From: Octopus vulgaris
Taxonomy: Eukaryota
NCBI GenBank assembly: GCA_951406725.2
Contig: OX597818.1
Location: forward strand, 115,506,001-115,570,000
Direction of reading: 5' to 3'
DNA length: 64,000 bases
Shown: piece after piece, positions 40,283 through 53,426 of the stretch
How the letters are laid out: the number at the start of each line of letters is the position of its first letter
Numbering within the stretch: the first letter of the stretch is position 1
Made by a program: the position numbers and the translations under genes
Notes under the pieces: generated by a model
Seen by the model: the letters and a program-made list of their open reading frames with translations, nothing else
The model's database searches: none
What the model was told of the DNA's origin: nothing

Positions 40283-40965
40283 GAGCAGGCGTGGCTGTGT
40301 GGGAAGATATTTGCTTCCCAACTACATGGTTCTGGGTTCAGTCCCACCACATGGAATCTTGCGCAAGTGTTTTCCACTACAGCCTCAGGCAGACCAGAGC
40401 CTTGTGAGTGGATTTGGTAGATGGAAACTGAAAGAAGCCCATCATATATGTGTGTGTGTGAGTGAGTTTGTCTCCCACCACAGCTTCATAACCAGTGTTT
40501 CTGTCTGTGTAACTTATCAGCTCAGCAAAAGATACCAATAAATTAAGTACCAAACCTAAAAAAGTATAACAGCGATTGTGTGGTAAGTAGCTTGCTTACC
40601 AACCACATGGTTCCAGGTTCAGTCCCACTGCGTGGCACCTTGGGCAACTGTCTTCTACTATAGACTCGGGCCGACCAAAGCCTTGTGAGTGGATTTGGTA
40701 GACGGAAACTGAAAGTAGCCCATCATATATATGTACATATGTGCATATATATACGCATATGTGTTTGTGTGTGTGTGTGTGTACGTGTGTGTATATGTTT
40801 GTCCCCCACCCAACATCGCTTGACAACTGATGCTGGTGTGTTTACGTCCCCGTAACTTAGTAGTTCTAAGCCTACAAAGAATAAGTCCTGGGGTCGATTT
40901 GCTCAACTAAAAGGCAATGCTCCAGTATGGCCACAGTCAAATGACTGAAACAGGTAAAAGAGTAT
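40283..40965 (+). mobile_element. Two SINE family 2 copies on the + strand
   Basis: Reverse complement of the 1749-2137 element. Confidence 0.8.
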
Positions 40966-41240
40966 ATAGAGTGTGTGAGATAAATCTACTCATTCAAGTG
41001 GTACAGGTATCTCAGCAGTTAGAGATTAACAGCTCAAATTGCACCATCAAAGCTGTTCTGTATCCATGGTCAAAATGCCCAGTTCTTAATGACTCCTGCT
41101 TATCTCATCATCTTTTCAATGTCCACTTTTGCATGCTTGAATGGGTCAGACAGAGTTTATTTAGACAGACTTTCTCCAGCCAGATGCCCTTCCTGTCATC
41201 TGTAAATTCATGTAAATGAATACAACTAAGCAGAGTAAAT

Positions 41241-41565
41241 GTGGAGGTGCAATGGCCCAGTGGTTGGGGCAGCAAACTCACTGTCGGAGGATTGTGGTTT
41301 CGATTCCCAGACCAGGTGTTGTGTGTGTTTATTGAGCGAAAACACCTAAAAGCTCCACGAGGCTCTGGCAAGGGGTGGTTGCGACCACTGTTGTACTATT
41401 TCGCCCCAACTTTCTCTCACTCTCTCTTCCTGTTTCTTGAGTAATGCTGTGATGGACAGGTGTCTCATCCAGCTGGGGTAGGGGGGGAACACATATGCCA
41501 CAGAAACCAAGAAACCGGGCCCATGAGCCTGGCTAGGCTCGAAAAGGGCACATAAATAAATAAAT
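41241..41565 (+). mobile_element. tRNA-derived SINE (family 5, V-SINE-like central motif), (TAAA)n tail
   Basis: Head GGTGCAATGGCCCAGTGGTT...TTCGATTCCC, central GATGGACAGGTGTCTCATCCAG, imperfect TSD TAAGCA(G/T)AGTAA. Confidence 0.65.
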
Positions 41566-41838
41566 AAGCATAGTAACTCACTATTAAAGTAGCAGCAGCA
41601 GTGATATTGAAAAGATGTTTAATTGTTCCAGACATTCTTATGGGATGAAGACGAAAGTGTTAATGCAACCTCACCCTTAATCATGTCATAGACTTGGGAA
41701 AAAAAAAAAAAACCTAACAGATGCATCTTACCAAACTTGAAGCATTTCATGAGAGGATTTGAACTCACTGCTTATGAAATATTTCTCAGCTAGAATCATC
41801 CAACAAAGGTAATGGACAGTAAAATATATAGACCAAAG

Positions 41839-42320
41839 GCTGCGAGCTGGCAGAAATGTTAGGGCGCCGGGCGAAATTCATAGCCGTATTTTGTCTGTCG
41901 TTACGTTCCGAGTTCAAATTCTGCCGAGGTCGACTTTGCCTTTCATCCTTTCGGGGTCGATAAATTAAGTACCAGTTACGCACTGGGGTCGATGTAATCG
42001 ACTTAATCCCTTTGTCTGTCCTTGTTTGTCCCCTCTGTGAAAGGTAGGAGAGTCCAGTTTGCTGGACATTGTTGTAGAGCTGAAAAAGAAGTAATTTCTA
42101 CTCTTCTCCTCTGGAAGCCATCTACTCGCAATACCAGAGGGCGCACACTCTCCTACCCTGATGTAATCTCCAGGGATACAGGCATCCAGCAACAGGACCT
42201 CCGTAATGCCATGATGGACCGTGAAGTCTGGCGTAGCATGGTAAATTCCATTGTCTCGACCACGGTCGAACAATGATGATGATGATGATGTGTTTAGCCC
42301 CTTGTGGGTAGTAAAGAAAT
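41839..42320 (+). mobile_element. Young SINE family 1 copy (15-bp TSD) with nested RTE insertion
   Basis: TSD ATATATAGACCAAAG at 41824-41838 and 42321-42335. Confidence 0.9.
42040..42288 (+). mobile_element. 5'-truncated RTE-clade LINE 3' end with (TGA)n tail
   Basis: Open frame KGRRVQFAGHCCRAEKEVISTLLLWKP...RGRTLSYPDVISRDTG...AMMDREVWRSMV is a typical RTE post-RT C-terminus. The stop runs directly into (TGA)n. Confidence 0.88.
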
Positions 42321-45300
42321 ATATATAGACCAAAGCCATGGCTAAAAACAAACTGTAATTCACATTAAATTTTCCAATTTAACAAGATTCTAATTACACT
42401 TTTCTGCACTGAAAATAATTATATCATAATTAACCCTTTAACCTTCAGATTACTCTGTCGAATGTAATTTTTATTTATTCATATTGTTTTGAATTAATCC
42501 TGCTTTATCTTGTGATTTTGTGATTTTCATGATGTGATTGCTAATTTTAAGAAGGACATTCTAAGGCATCTCACTGGTTTGAACATAAAACAGGGGAAAT
42601 ATTTAGGCCGGATGTGGTCAGTTTAAATGCTTATGGGTTAAGGGCTTCTGTGAAAGAGGATTTGGCAGAAGAAATTCTAAGAAGATGAAGTTAGTAAACT
42701 TTGGATTTAGATATTTGATTTAATGCCCAATCTAAAGATAAAATGTTTCTTTCATAAATTTGTGTGAAGTGAGATCACAGTCACGCATGTCTGGCCCTAT
42801 TAAGAATACCCCTGATGTATCGGGCAATATGATATGCATGAGAAGACCTGTTGAGTCAAGTAAAATCAATATCGTAGCTGGGGCCAGTGACCCTGACTGA
42901 CTCCCAGCTGGTGGCACGTAAAAAGCACCAACTGATCATGACTGAAGCTAGTACCCCCTGATTGGCTCCTGTGCTGGTGGCATGTAAGAAACACCCACTC
43001 ACTCTCAGAGTGGTTGGCATTAGGAAGGGCATCCAGTTGTAGAAACACGGCCAGATCAGATCGGAGCCTGGTGCAGCCGCTGGCTCTCCAATGATAAACT
43101 AAATATTGACAACCTTTTTCAAGAACCAGGCCGCATCAGACACAGCTCGTCATTAGGCAGGCAGCACTACTAAAAAAAAATTCAAGATAATTTTGTGTTA
43201 GGCATGCCATTCAGAAAATCCCAACAGGCCACATGCAGCCTGCAGGTTGCAGTTGGCCCAAGATGGGGATAAACTTTCCAATATAACTTTTATGTCATAT
43301 CAGATTCACTAGCATTTAAACCAGCCATATCTGGCCCAAATATTGAACCTGTTTTGTGTTCAAACTGGCCAGATCCAGCCTCTCACACCTACCCTACAAT
43401 GTCATTCTAGAAATAAACAATCACATCATTGAAATCTCAAAGCTGCAAAACAATGCAAGTTTAATTCAAATCAGTGGGAATAAATAAGCATTACATTTGA
43501 CAAAGGAATGTGAATGCTGAAGGGTTAAGCCATATATTCAAATAATGCTTTAATCTCAGAAAGGAAAAGCTATGCATCTATTTGAGTGTTTCATTTTAAA
43601 TGGTTATTTGTTAAGTAACTTAAGGTGTTTGACCTTTTAGTTTAAACTTTTGATGTAGTTTAAGCTTTTGAACTGGTAAACAAAATTGTTCCTAATTTTC
43701 TCTTATAGTACATTTCTTTTCTGTCCTTTCACTTTATGGCCTGTTTTGATAACAACAACCTTTCCTTTAACCTTTAAAACCCAAACTTTAACAGGTTAAT
43801 GCTCTTAAAAGCAGCATGATGGTTCATTTTGGCCACATATGATGTGTGCTTTGAATCAATATAAAAGATATATAACGTAAAAAGCACCATCCGAATGTGG
43901 TTGATGCCTGCCCCCTCACCCCTACTAGCTCCTGTGCCGGCGGCACGCAAAAAGCATTATTCGATTGTGGTCAATGCCAGCACCCTTCTGGCTCCTGTGC
44001 TAGTAGCATGTAAAAAGCACTCACTACACTCTTGGAGTGGTTTGCGTTAGGAAGGGCATCCAGCAATAGAAACATTGCCAGATTAGACTGAAGTCTGGTG
44101 CAGCCTCCTGGTTTTCCAGTCAAACCATCCAACAGTAGCTGCACGACATCTTGAAATATATTTGCCACCTAAATGTGGCTAACCCTTAAGGGTTGATGCT
44201 ACTGTAGCTTGTAGTCCCAGGAAGACATCTCCTCCATCTGGCTTTTTCAAATTAATAGAAACAAAGGCAGAGTATTTCAAGAGAAATATGGTGGCTAAAG
44301 TGTTAACTTCCTAGCTTAGGTTACACAATTGTAAACAACTACCTTTGACTAATTAAATAACAAATGTTTTGTTAACTTTGTGTCGGATTAAAATTGTCCA
44401 ACAAACTCTTGTTTATAGATGGTTTGAACAGTAAATATTATGTCTCAAAAACACTAAAAAACCAGATTTTTGCAAAGATTTGCTTCAAGATAACAATGAA
44501 TCGCAATTTATATACCAATCAATAACCCTCATTAAACTTATATTACTTATCTTATTAGATTGATTTTTGTATTTATTTCTTTTGTGTCAGGAATTATTCT
44601 GGAAGACAGCTTAGAATAAAGTCATTATCTTTTAGATTATTTGACTAATTTCAATATTTGTCTATAACTGTTGATGGTTTGTTTCTACAGAGTATTCTTG
44701 GTTTCTTTGCTAAACAATTCTAATACTAAAACACATAAAATTTCTATTGAAAATCCATTATCATAGACTATAATTTCGTAATGGAGTATCTTTGGCAATC
44801 CAATAAAATACCAATATATTTTTGTGGCTAGTCTTTACAAAGAAAAAAAGAAAACAAGAAAATGGTAAACACGCAAAAATAATTAGAAATTTACAGTAAA
44901 AACAATAATAAAAACTATAAGAACAGCTTTATTAATGTTGGATACAATGTATGGTAGTTGGAAAATGTGTGCTACTGAGGCACATCTTAACATCTGCCAA
45001 TTCTTATAGGAAATAACCAGTTACACAGCTCTGTCGAAATTCTTAGCTCTTAATTCCTGCACCTCCACACTAGAATTGAAGTGAGGTATTATTATTATAC
45101 ATTCTGCTGAATCACACAAGATATACCATTCCAGATTCTACTATTACATAATGACAGGATCTCTTAGTCTTTCTCTCTCTCATGCATACACACACACACA
45201 CACAAATAGTTGTTTTCATTAAGCCCAGTAATGCACTCTGCCTACAAAAGGTTCAATAAGTCTGCAGAGTTATCTTGGTGTCTATGAGTTTTACATGTCC

Positions 45301-46244
45301 GTATGTTATATTTTATTAATTTTGCCTTTCATCCATTTGAAGTCAATAAAGAACCACTCAAAACTTAATTTCTTCTCTCTCTTTGTCTCTGTCTCTCTCT
45401 CTCACTCTCTTTCTCCCTCACAAGGTGAATAACCATGTATCTCCTTTGTGGCAGAACACCTGTTTCAATCCTCATTCCTGATCTCTCTCTCTCACTCACT
45501 CAGGCCAGGTAACCTTGTACCTCCTCTACAGCAAGACACCTGTTTCTGTCTCTGTTTCGCTATAACCTTTCATCATCTGGCATAAGATCACCTCCTGCAA
45601 TGGTCCCTCCCCCTCTCAAAAGATTTTTGTCTTGCAAGTTAGTTGGTGACCCTGTCAGGGCAGGTGTCACTTAAAAAGAGGCTTGTCTACAATGTAGCTT
45701 CCTCAATATTCTTTATTCTGTTTATAAAACAATGAGCAATGTACCAGTCTATGTAACAGCTAGCTGAAGTATAAGGATTATCATTCAGTTCATTACATAC
45801 AAATATACAACAAAGTGACATTATGAAGGGCATCCAGCAGTAGAGATCATGCCAAAACAGACAAGAGAGATTGGCATAGTCCTCTCACTTGCCAGCTCCT
45901 GTTCAAACCTTCCAGCCCATGTTGGCATGGAAAATGGACATTAAAAGATGAGGATGTAGATTATGATGATATAAATATGTATTTGTGAACTTGTAAATAT
46001 TTTAATTAGAAAATGATTTCTCATGAGTACTGATAATTATCATGACCAAAGTGCTTGACTAATTACTGATTTTATTCATCCCAAAAAGAGATAAAAAGCA
46101 AAGTTGAAGCCAACACAATTTGAAATGCAAACTGAACATAGTATTTTATCTGGCTCTCATCAACCACTCACCTCTTTGCACAGCTGAATTATAATTACAT
46201 ATCTATATCAATAGATACACATACATAAAAACAAAAATCAACTT

Positions 46245-46878
46245 TTGAACATCCGGCCTGATGGAGGCAAAGTGGCCGAGTTCCTTTCAAGTGCTGGGCC
46301 TCACAGAGGTGAGATGGCTGAGTTCCTTTTGAGCAGGCCTCACAGAGGTGAGGTGACAGAGTTCCTTTTGAACAGGTCTCACAGAGGTGAGGTGGCCCGA
46401 GTTCCTTTCAAGCGGGCATCACGGAGGTGAGGTGGCAGAGTTCCTTTTGAGCATTGGACCTCATAGAATCAAAGTGGCCACACTTCTGGGCCTCACGGGG
46501 GTAAAGTGATTGAGTGACCCTTCAAGTGTAGGGCCTCATGGGGGTGAGGTGGCTGAGTTCCTTTTGAGCATTGGGCCTCATGGGGGCAAAGTGGCCAAGC
46601 TCCTTTCAAGTGTTGGGCCTCAGCGAGGCAATGACCAAGACCTTTGGCATTATGCCGTGCCTGAAAAGAAAACCCATCAAGCCAAGCAAAATTGCAGTCA
46701 TGGCAGATACCAGTGTCACACGAATGACATCCAGGCTGGTGGCACGTAAAAGCACCCATTACATTCTCAGAGTGGTTGGAGTTAGGAAGAGCACCCAGCT
46801 GTAGAAAACCATGCAAAATGAAACTGGATTCTGGTGCAGCCAAACCATGGACAACAGACATTAAATGATGATGATGAC
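46245..46878 (+). mobile_element. Family-3 retroelement with 5' ~42-bp VNTR
   Basis: Repeats of GGGCCTCA(T/C)GGAGG(C/T)(A/G)A(A/G)GTGGCTGAGTTCCTTT lead into the shared family-3 body and (TGA)n tail. Similar copy at 58458-58930. Confidence 0.75.
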
Positions 46879-47164
46879 ATAAAAACACACAATGATTAAT
46901 TATACTCTAATTATATTTGCAAAAAAGATAAGTGTACACAAACTACAAAAGACAAATGATAATAATTATAGATACTTAATTGCTTATATAAACGATGACA
47001 CAATTAAGCAGAATAGAAATAATGTTGGACAAATACTTGTAACACATTTGGAATGTATTGTTATTTTCATGATTCAAATCCACTCCTGTGGCCATTAAGA
47101 GTTGGGCATTGGAAGATGTGATGTTCATGACTGTTCTGAAAAGCATTAACAGACTAAAGAATAA

Positions 47165-47565
47165 TACTCTTTTATTTGTTTCAGTCATTTGACTACGGCC
47201 ATGCAGGAGCACCACCTTTAGTCGAGCAAATCATCCCCAGGACTTATTCTTTGTAAGCCTAGTACTTATTCTATCAGTCCTTTTTGCTAAACTGCTAAGT
47301 CACGGGGACATAAACACACCAGCATCAGTTGTCAAGCGATGTTGGGAGGACAAACACAGACACACAAACACATATATATACATATACACATATACGACGG
47401 GCTACCAAATGTCCATCTACCAAGTGTCCGTCTACCAAATCCGCTCACAAGGCTTTGGTCAGCCTGAAGCTATAATAGAAGATACTCGCCCAAGGTGCCA
47501 GGCATTGGGACTGAACCCGAAACCGTGTGGCTGGTAAGCGGGCTACTTACCACACAGCCACTCCA
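47165..47565 (-). mobile_element. SINE family 2 full copy
   Basis: Colinear with 1749-2137. Confidence 0.85.
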
Positions 47566-48738
47566 GCTACTATTAAGAATAAAACCGGAACCAAAGACAC
47601 AGTTTGTCAGGAACTTACCACCTAAGCTAGTCTTCATCATCATCATCATCATCCTCATCACCATGCTTCTCCATACTGGCATAGGTTGTATGAGCCTACA
47701 AGGCAGCACATCACATTCTTCAGGCATTTATGGAGATGAAATATCAGGATTCTGGGACTCCTAGCTGACTAATCCTTTATCAATCATGTGGTTCAAAACC
47801 CTATCTGACCTCATTGCTCACTGCTTTGTAATTTACAAATATAACTTTAAGACCACTGGATAAGAAGTTAGAATAACTCTTGGCAAAAATTGTGGTGCCA
47901 CTCCATACGGAGAATGCTCAGTGGATGGGGACGATGACCTCCCTTTGCAAATACTGATAGGGCACAGACAGTGTGTTAATATCCAGCTGGAGGAGATGTC
48001 TTCCTGGGGCTACATGCTACAGTAGCATCGACCCTTAAGGGTTAACCACATTTAGGTGGCAAATATCCTTCATGAATTCCAGAAAATTCTCACATAAGAT
48101 CGGGTCATTGACCCTAATGTGAAATATAATAATCAAATGTGCCTCCAACTTTTATGGCCGAGCGTATAATTCTTCAAAGATAATTTACAAACAATTTTAG
48201 AAGATGTAATATGTCAGCATATGGTATTGATATCAAAACAGTGAAACCTGATGTGTTTTCTGTGAATTATATTTGTCTGGTGATTTGATCAGGAATGGAA
48301 TCACAAGTTGCATAAACAACTGCATCATTGCAAAGCCAACCACTGAACAACTCAATAATATAAATTACAACATTTGATAGTTTATACCGGTTACCACAAA
48401 ATTACAACAAATCAAAACGAATACAAAAAATAGTATATATGCATTTGGAATGAATATAACAAATCTTTCACCATGATGAACAATTGTTTCTTTGTTTTAC
48501 ATTCAAGTTTCCTTTCAGAAAATTGCCAATAATTTAATTTTATCTTTTGAAGAACATAAAAGTAAAAATAATTTGTATGTAGATTCAGTATTCCATCATC
48601 AAGAAAATTTCAAAGAGAACATTTTATAACATATTACAACAAAATAAAATCTTAGTGAAAGATGAAGAAAACTAGAGATTGTTTTTTCCCTTCCATCTTT
48701 TTAATAGTCAAGTCCAAGACATTTGTAAGGTTCTTACC

Positions 48739-48969
48739 TATTTCTTTACTACCCTCAAGGGGCTAAACACAGAGGGGACAAACAAGGACAGACAAATGGA
48801 TTAAGTCGATTATATCGACTCCAGTGCGTAACTGGTACTTATTTAATCGACCCCGAAAGGATGAAAGGCAAAGTCAACCTTGGCGGAATTTGAACTCAGA
48901 ACGTAACGGTAGACAAAATACAGCAAAGCATTTCACCCGGCATGCTAACGTTTTTGCCAGCTCACCGCC
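48739..48969 (-). mobile_element. SINE family 1, full length, 17-bp TSD
   Basis: TTTGTAAGGTTCTTACC at 48722-48738 and 48970-48986. Confidence 0.92.
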
Positions 48970-50741
48970 TTTGTAAGGTTCTTACCATTAAGGGGAGGGG
49001 AATGGCACGCATGCCAGTAAGAAGTGACATGTGAGGTTATCAAATTAATCTCAGACTGATGGTCTGGTCTGAATACAACTTCATAATGACTGGACTTCAC
49101 TGAAGACAACAAGAGCCATGTAATGCTGTTAAACTTTAGAACCAAGTGATGTTGTCTTTTTCACTTGTCTCAGTAATTGGACTGCGACCATGCTGGGGCA
49201 CCACTTTGAAGGGTTTAGTCAAACAAATCAACCCCGGTACTTATTTTATCAGTCTTTTTTTGCCAAACCACTATGTTTAGTGATATAAGCAAGCCAACAC
49301 TGGCTGTCAAGCAGTAGGGGTACGGACACAAATGCAATGACACACACACAAACATATGACAGGCTTCTTTCAGTTTCCATCTACCAAATTGCTTCAGTCA
49401 GTTCAGGGTTATAGCAGAAGACACTTGCCCATGATGACACAAAGTGGGACTGAACCTGAAGTCATGCAGATGAAAAGCAAATTTCTTACCACTCAACATT
49501 CCATCTTTGGAAATTTCCTTTTGGGTAAGGCACAAGTCTTATTTCAGAAATATTTCTTCAGAAGCTCTGGTGACTTTTCCCAAAATTTAAGGCAAAGCAA
49601 GGAATGTAGGAATAATGTCAAAATATACAAGAAAACAACTGATAGATAGAAGGGTATAAACCTAATGTAAAACTATCTTGAATTTTTTTAGTAGCATGGC
49701 CCACTTGATGGTGAGCCATGTGTGGCCTGCATCTTGCAAAAGGTTGCCCATGTTCGTTCTACATGGTCACTCAGCTTGCTAGAAATAGAAACCAGATACT
49801 CCTCAAATTACACCCTATCATTTTAAAAAAGGAAAGATTGAATAATGTAGTCCAAGATACACTATGCCGGAAGAAAAACGAGACATGAAGGTCACAGACT
49901 GAAATAACAAGTCTTCTTAATCAAGACTGACTTGGGGATTAAAATTTTTTTTTTAATAAATTAAAAAAACAATAATGTTTTGATCACAATTAAATCTTTG
50001 AAGTCTCACAAAGTGTAATTAAACAAGAACTTTTTGAACCCCATTAATAAAAAATCCCAAGAGATTAATTAGAGTAACTTATATTCTTTTCAACTCTAAG
50101 CACATGGACTGAAATTTTTGGGGAGGGTGAGGCAGTTGATTAGATCGACCCCAGTACGCAACTGGCACTTGATTTATCAACCCCGAAAGGATGAAAAGCA
50201 AAGTCGACCTCACTGGAATTTGAACTCAGAACATAAAGACAGACGAAATATTGTTAAGCATTTCGTTCGGTGTGCTAATGAGTATGAATGTTACAGAAGG
50301 AATGTGTACAGATATTGTCAACATGAGTAAAGGACAGAGGTGGTGGGATCGTTAGAATTGATACAATGATAGGCTGTGTAAGTTCTACAGTGTTTAATAT
50401 TAAGTTACATCATTAGTTTGAATCTTAATGAGATCAGTGGTATCTTCCATGACCTAAGGTCAATATATAACTAATTGCTGCACCCAAGATTGACAGACAA
50501 ATGACAAAATGCATAGCACCATTTCTTTGAGCTTTATGTTTTGAGATCAGATTCTGCTGAAATCAACTGTGTCATCCTATTAACATTGATAAAAAGAGTA
50601 CCAGTCAAGTACTGGGGTCAACATAATCAACTAAACCCTGCCTTAAAAAACATTTCAAGTCTTGCACCTTCAATAGAAAGAATTATTATAATGAAGATGA
50701 TGATGGGACAGAATCTGTAAAGTGCAAGACAAGATGTTTTT

Positions 50742-50905
50742 CTATTCTACATGTTTGAGGTGAAGAATTATGTACATTATTTACAATTGACGGATAGGTG
50801 TCCGCACCTTGTTTGTTGTTTACACAACATTTCCACCAGAACACCTGATGAAGGCTGGAGACAACAAACAAGGTAAGGAAACCTTACCGTCCATTGTAAA
50901 TAATG
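50742..50905 (-). mobile_element. Internally deleted copy of the fold-back hammerhead element
   Basis: Inverted arms CATTATTTACA..GACGGA / CCGTC..TGTAAATAATG. Retains ACACCTGATGAAGGCTGGAG; the one-sided tail is on the left. Confidence 0.75.
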
Positions 50906-50938
50906 AAAACATTTTTCAGTATTCAGTTACATCTCTTT

Positions 50939-51391
50939 TGATGTTGATGTACTTGACCCAATAGGTCTCCTCAAGCACAGCAGGTCACCCTACGATCCAA
51001 GGTACTTTTGAATGGGTTGGGGCTAGTTATGCGAAACTGTTGAGGATAGAGCCGTGAATAAGATATAGGAAATTGTAGTTTTGATATCCATGCCGGTGGC
51101 ACGTAAAATGCACCATCCAAACATGGTTGATGCCAGTGTCGCCTTTACTGGCTTCCATGCTGGTGGCACATAGAAAGCACTAACTGATCGTGGCCATTGC
51201 CAGCCTCCCCTGGCAGGTAAAAAGCACCCACTACACTCACGGAGTGGTTGGTGTTAGGAAGGGCATCCAGTTGTAGAAACACTGCCAGATCAGACTGGAG
51301 CCTGGTGCAGCTTCCTGGGTTCCCAGGCCCCAGTCAAACCATCCAACCCATGCTAGCATGAAAACAGACATTAAATGATGATGATGGTGAT
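50939..51391 (+). mobile_element. Family-3 retroelement with inverted 5' segment, 12-bp TSD
   Basis: TSD TTACATCTCTTT at 50927-50938 and 51392-51403. 50937-51025 is the reverse complement of the head seen at 32510-32628. Confidence 0.85.
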
Positions 51392-51455
51392 TTACATCTC
51401 TTTACATTCTGAGTTCGAATCACACCAGGGTACAATCAATATAAGTAAATGACCA

Positions 51456-51920
51456 AGGCACAAGCTGACAGAATCGTTAGCATGCCGGGCGAAATGCTTA
51501 GCGGTATTTCGTCTGTCTTTACATACTGAGTTCAAATTCCGCTGAGGTCAACTTTGTCTTTCATCCTTTTGGGGTCGATTAAATAAGTACCAGTTACATA
51601 CTGGGGTCAATCTAATCAACTACCCCCCCCCCCACCTCTCCCAAAATTTTGGCCTTGTGCCTAGAGTAGAAATGTATTGTTCATTATTGATTCTTTGATA
51701 TTTAAGGTGGCAAGATGGTACAAATGTTAGCACACCGGGCGAAATGCTTAGCGGTATTTCGTCTGTCTTTACGTTCTAAGTTCAAATTCCACTGAGGTCA
51801 ACTTTGCCTTTCATCCTTTCAGGGTCGATAAATTAAGTACTGGCTATGTACTGGGGTCAATCTAATAGACTGGCCTCCTCCCCACAAAAAATTTCGGGCC
51901 TTGTGCCTAGAGTAGAAAAG
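51456..51920 (+). mobile_element. SINE family 1 head-to-tail dimer flanked by one 18-bp TSD
   Basis: AATATAAGTAAATGACCA at 51438-51455 and 51921-51938. Confidence 0.88.
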
Positions 51921-53015
51921 AATATAAGTAAATGACCAGTAGTAGAGCCAATATAATCACGTGTAACTTCCCAAAACGTCACTGGCCTTGTGCCAATATT
52001 AGAAATCTTTGTATTAATAAGACATTGAACTGCTGTAAATTAAAGTGAATAGAACCATGCCTAAGTGAGAAAACACAATTCAGCTTAGTTAAATAACCTG
52101 ACATCTATAAGTGAGACGGACAAGAAAGGTTATAAATACTTGTGGCTTTAATCAATAATACAGGTTCTAAGTTTATATTGAAATGTTGGCACCTATCATG
52201 AAACCTCTTAAGTATGCGGACATTTATGGGGTTACAAAAAGGAAATTAAAATTAAGGTCTACTGTACTCTGGGGAAAAGAGCTTAAGAAATACTTTTGTG
52301 AAATCCTTCAAAACAAACACAAATTCAAAATCAATATAAGCTTTAATAAGATTACTTAAGAGATAAATCACTGAGTGGCTAATAACAATAACGAATCAGA
52401 AATTAATTAAATTAGTTACAGCTAAATATATTTTTTTCTCCATGTTCTACAAAACCACATTGATGAAATTCCTTAATATTTCAAAACTAAAGAAATTACT
52501 AACAATAATAAATTTAGAAACAGAATGTTTTGTGTTTAAAGTCGATGTTGTGGCACTAATTAGTTTAATTACTGAAGCAATTATCTGATAGTGACATTAC
52601 AATAATAACATGGAATTAACACTAGACTGAACAATGAAGGTCAGACGAAAATACAGCTGTTTCAGATAAACAGAAGTCGGAGTTTGTTTTTTGTGAATGG
52701 AAGGCAAAAAAGGCAACGGGCACAAATTAAGAAGTATCAATGAAATGAATTAATGAGTGAGGTTAGTCTTACATACATGTATATGTCACATGATCAACCA
52801 GGTTATGAGATGCCGTTATATATCACTGGTCACAATGCGTTTTAAATTGTTTTACCTTTCAAATGATACCACTCCACTCACTAGGCAAGCAGGCTAACAT
52901 GTATATATATATATATATATATGTTTAGAAACATAATAAATAATATTAGGGTAATAAGAATTATAAAAATTATTATTACCAGTGGCCTAGCACAAAAAAA
53001 AATTAGTCAATAGAC

Positions 53016-53213
53016 TCTCTCTCTTTTACTTGTTTCAGTCATTTGACTGCGGCCATGCTGGAGCACCGCCTTTAGTCGAGCAAATCGACCCCGGGACTTA
53101 TTCTTTGTAAGCCCAGTACTTATTCTATCAGTCTCTTTTGCCGAACTGCTAAGTGACGGGGACATAAACACACCAGCATCGGTTGTCAAGCAATGCTAGG
53201 GGGACAAACACAA

Positions 53214-53260
<47 letters not shown>

Positions 53261-53426
53261 TACGACAGGCTTCTTTCAGTTTCCGTCTACCAAATCCACT
53301 CAGAAGGCTTTGGTCAGCCCGGGGCTATAGTAGAAGACACTTGCCCAAGATGCCACGCAGTGGGACTGAACCCGGAACCATGTGGTTGGTTAGCAAGCTA
53401 CTTACCACACAGCCACTCCTGCGCCT
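53016..53426 (-). mobile_element. SINE family 2 full, young copy
   Basis: CpG-rich and near consensus; colinear with 1749-2137. Confidence 0.88.
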
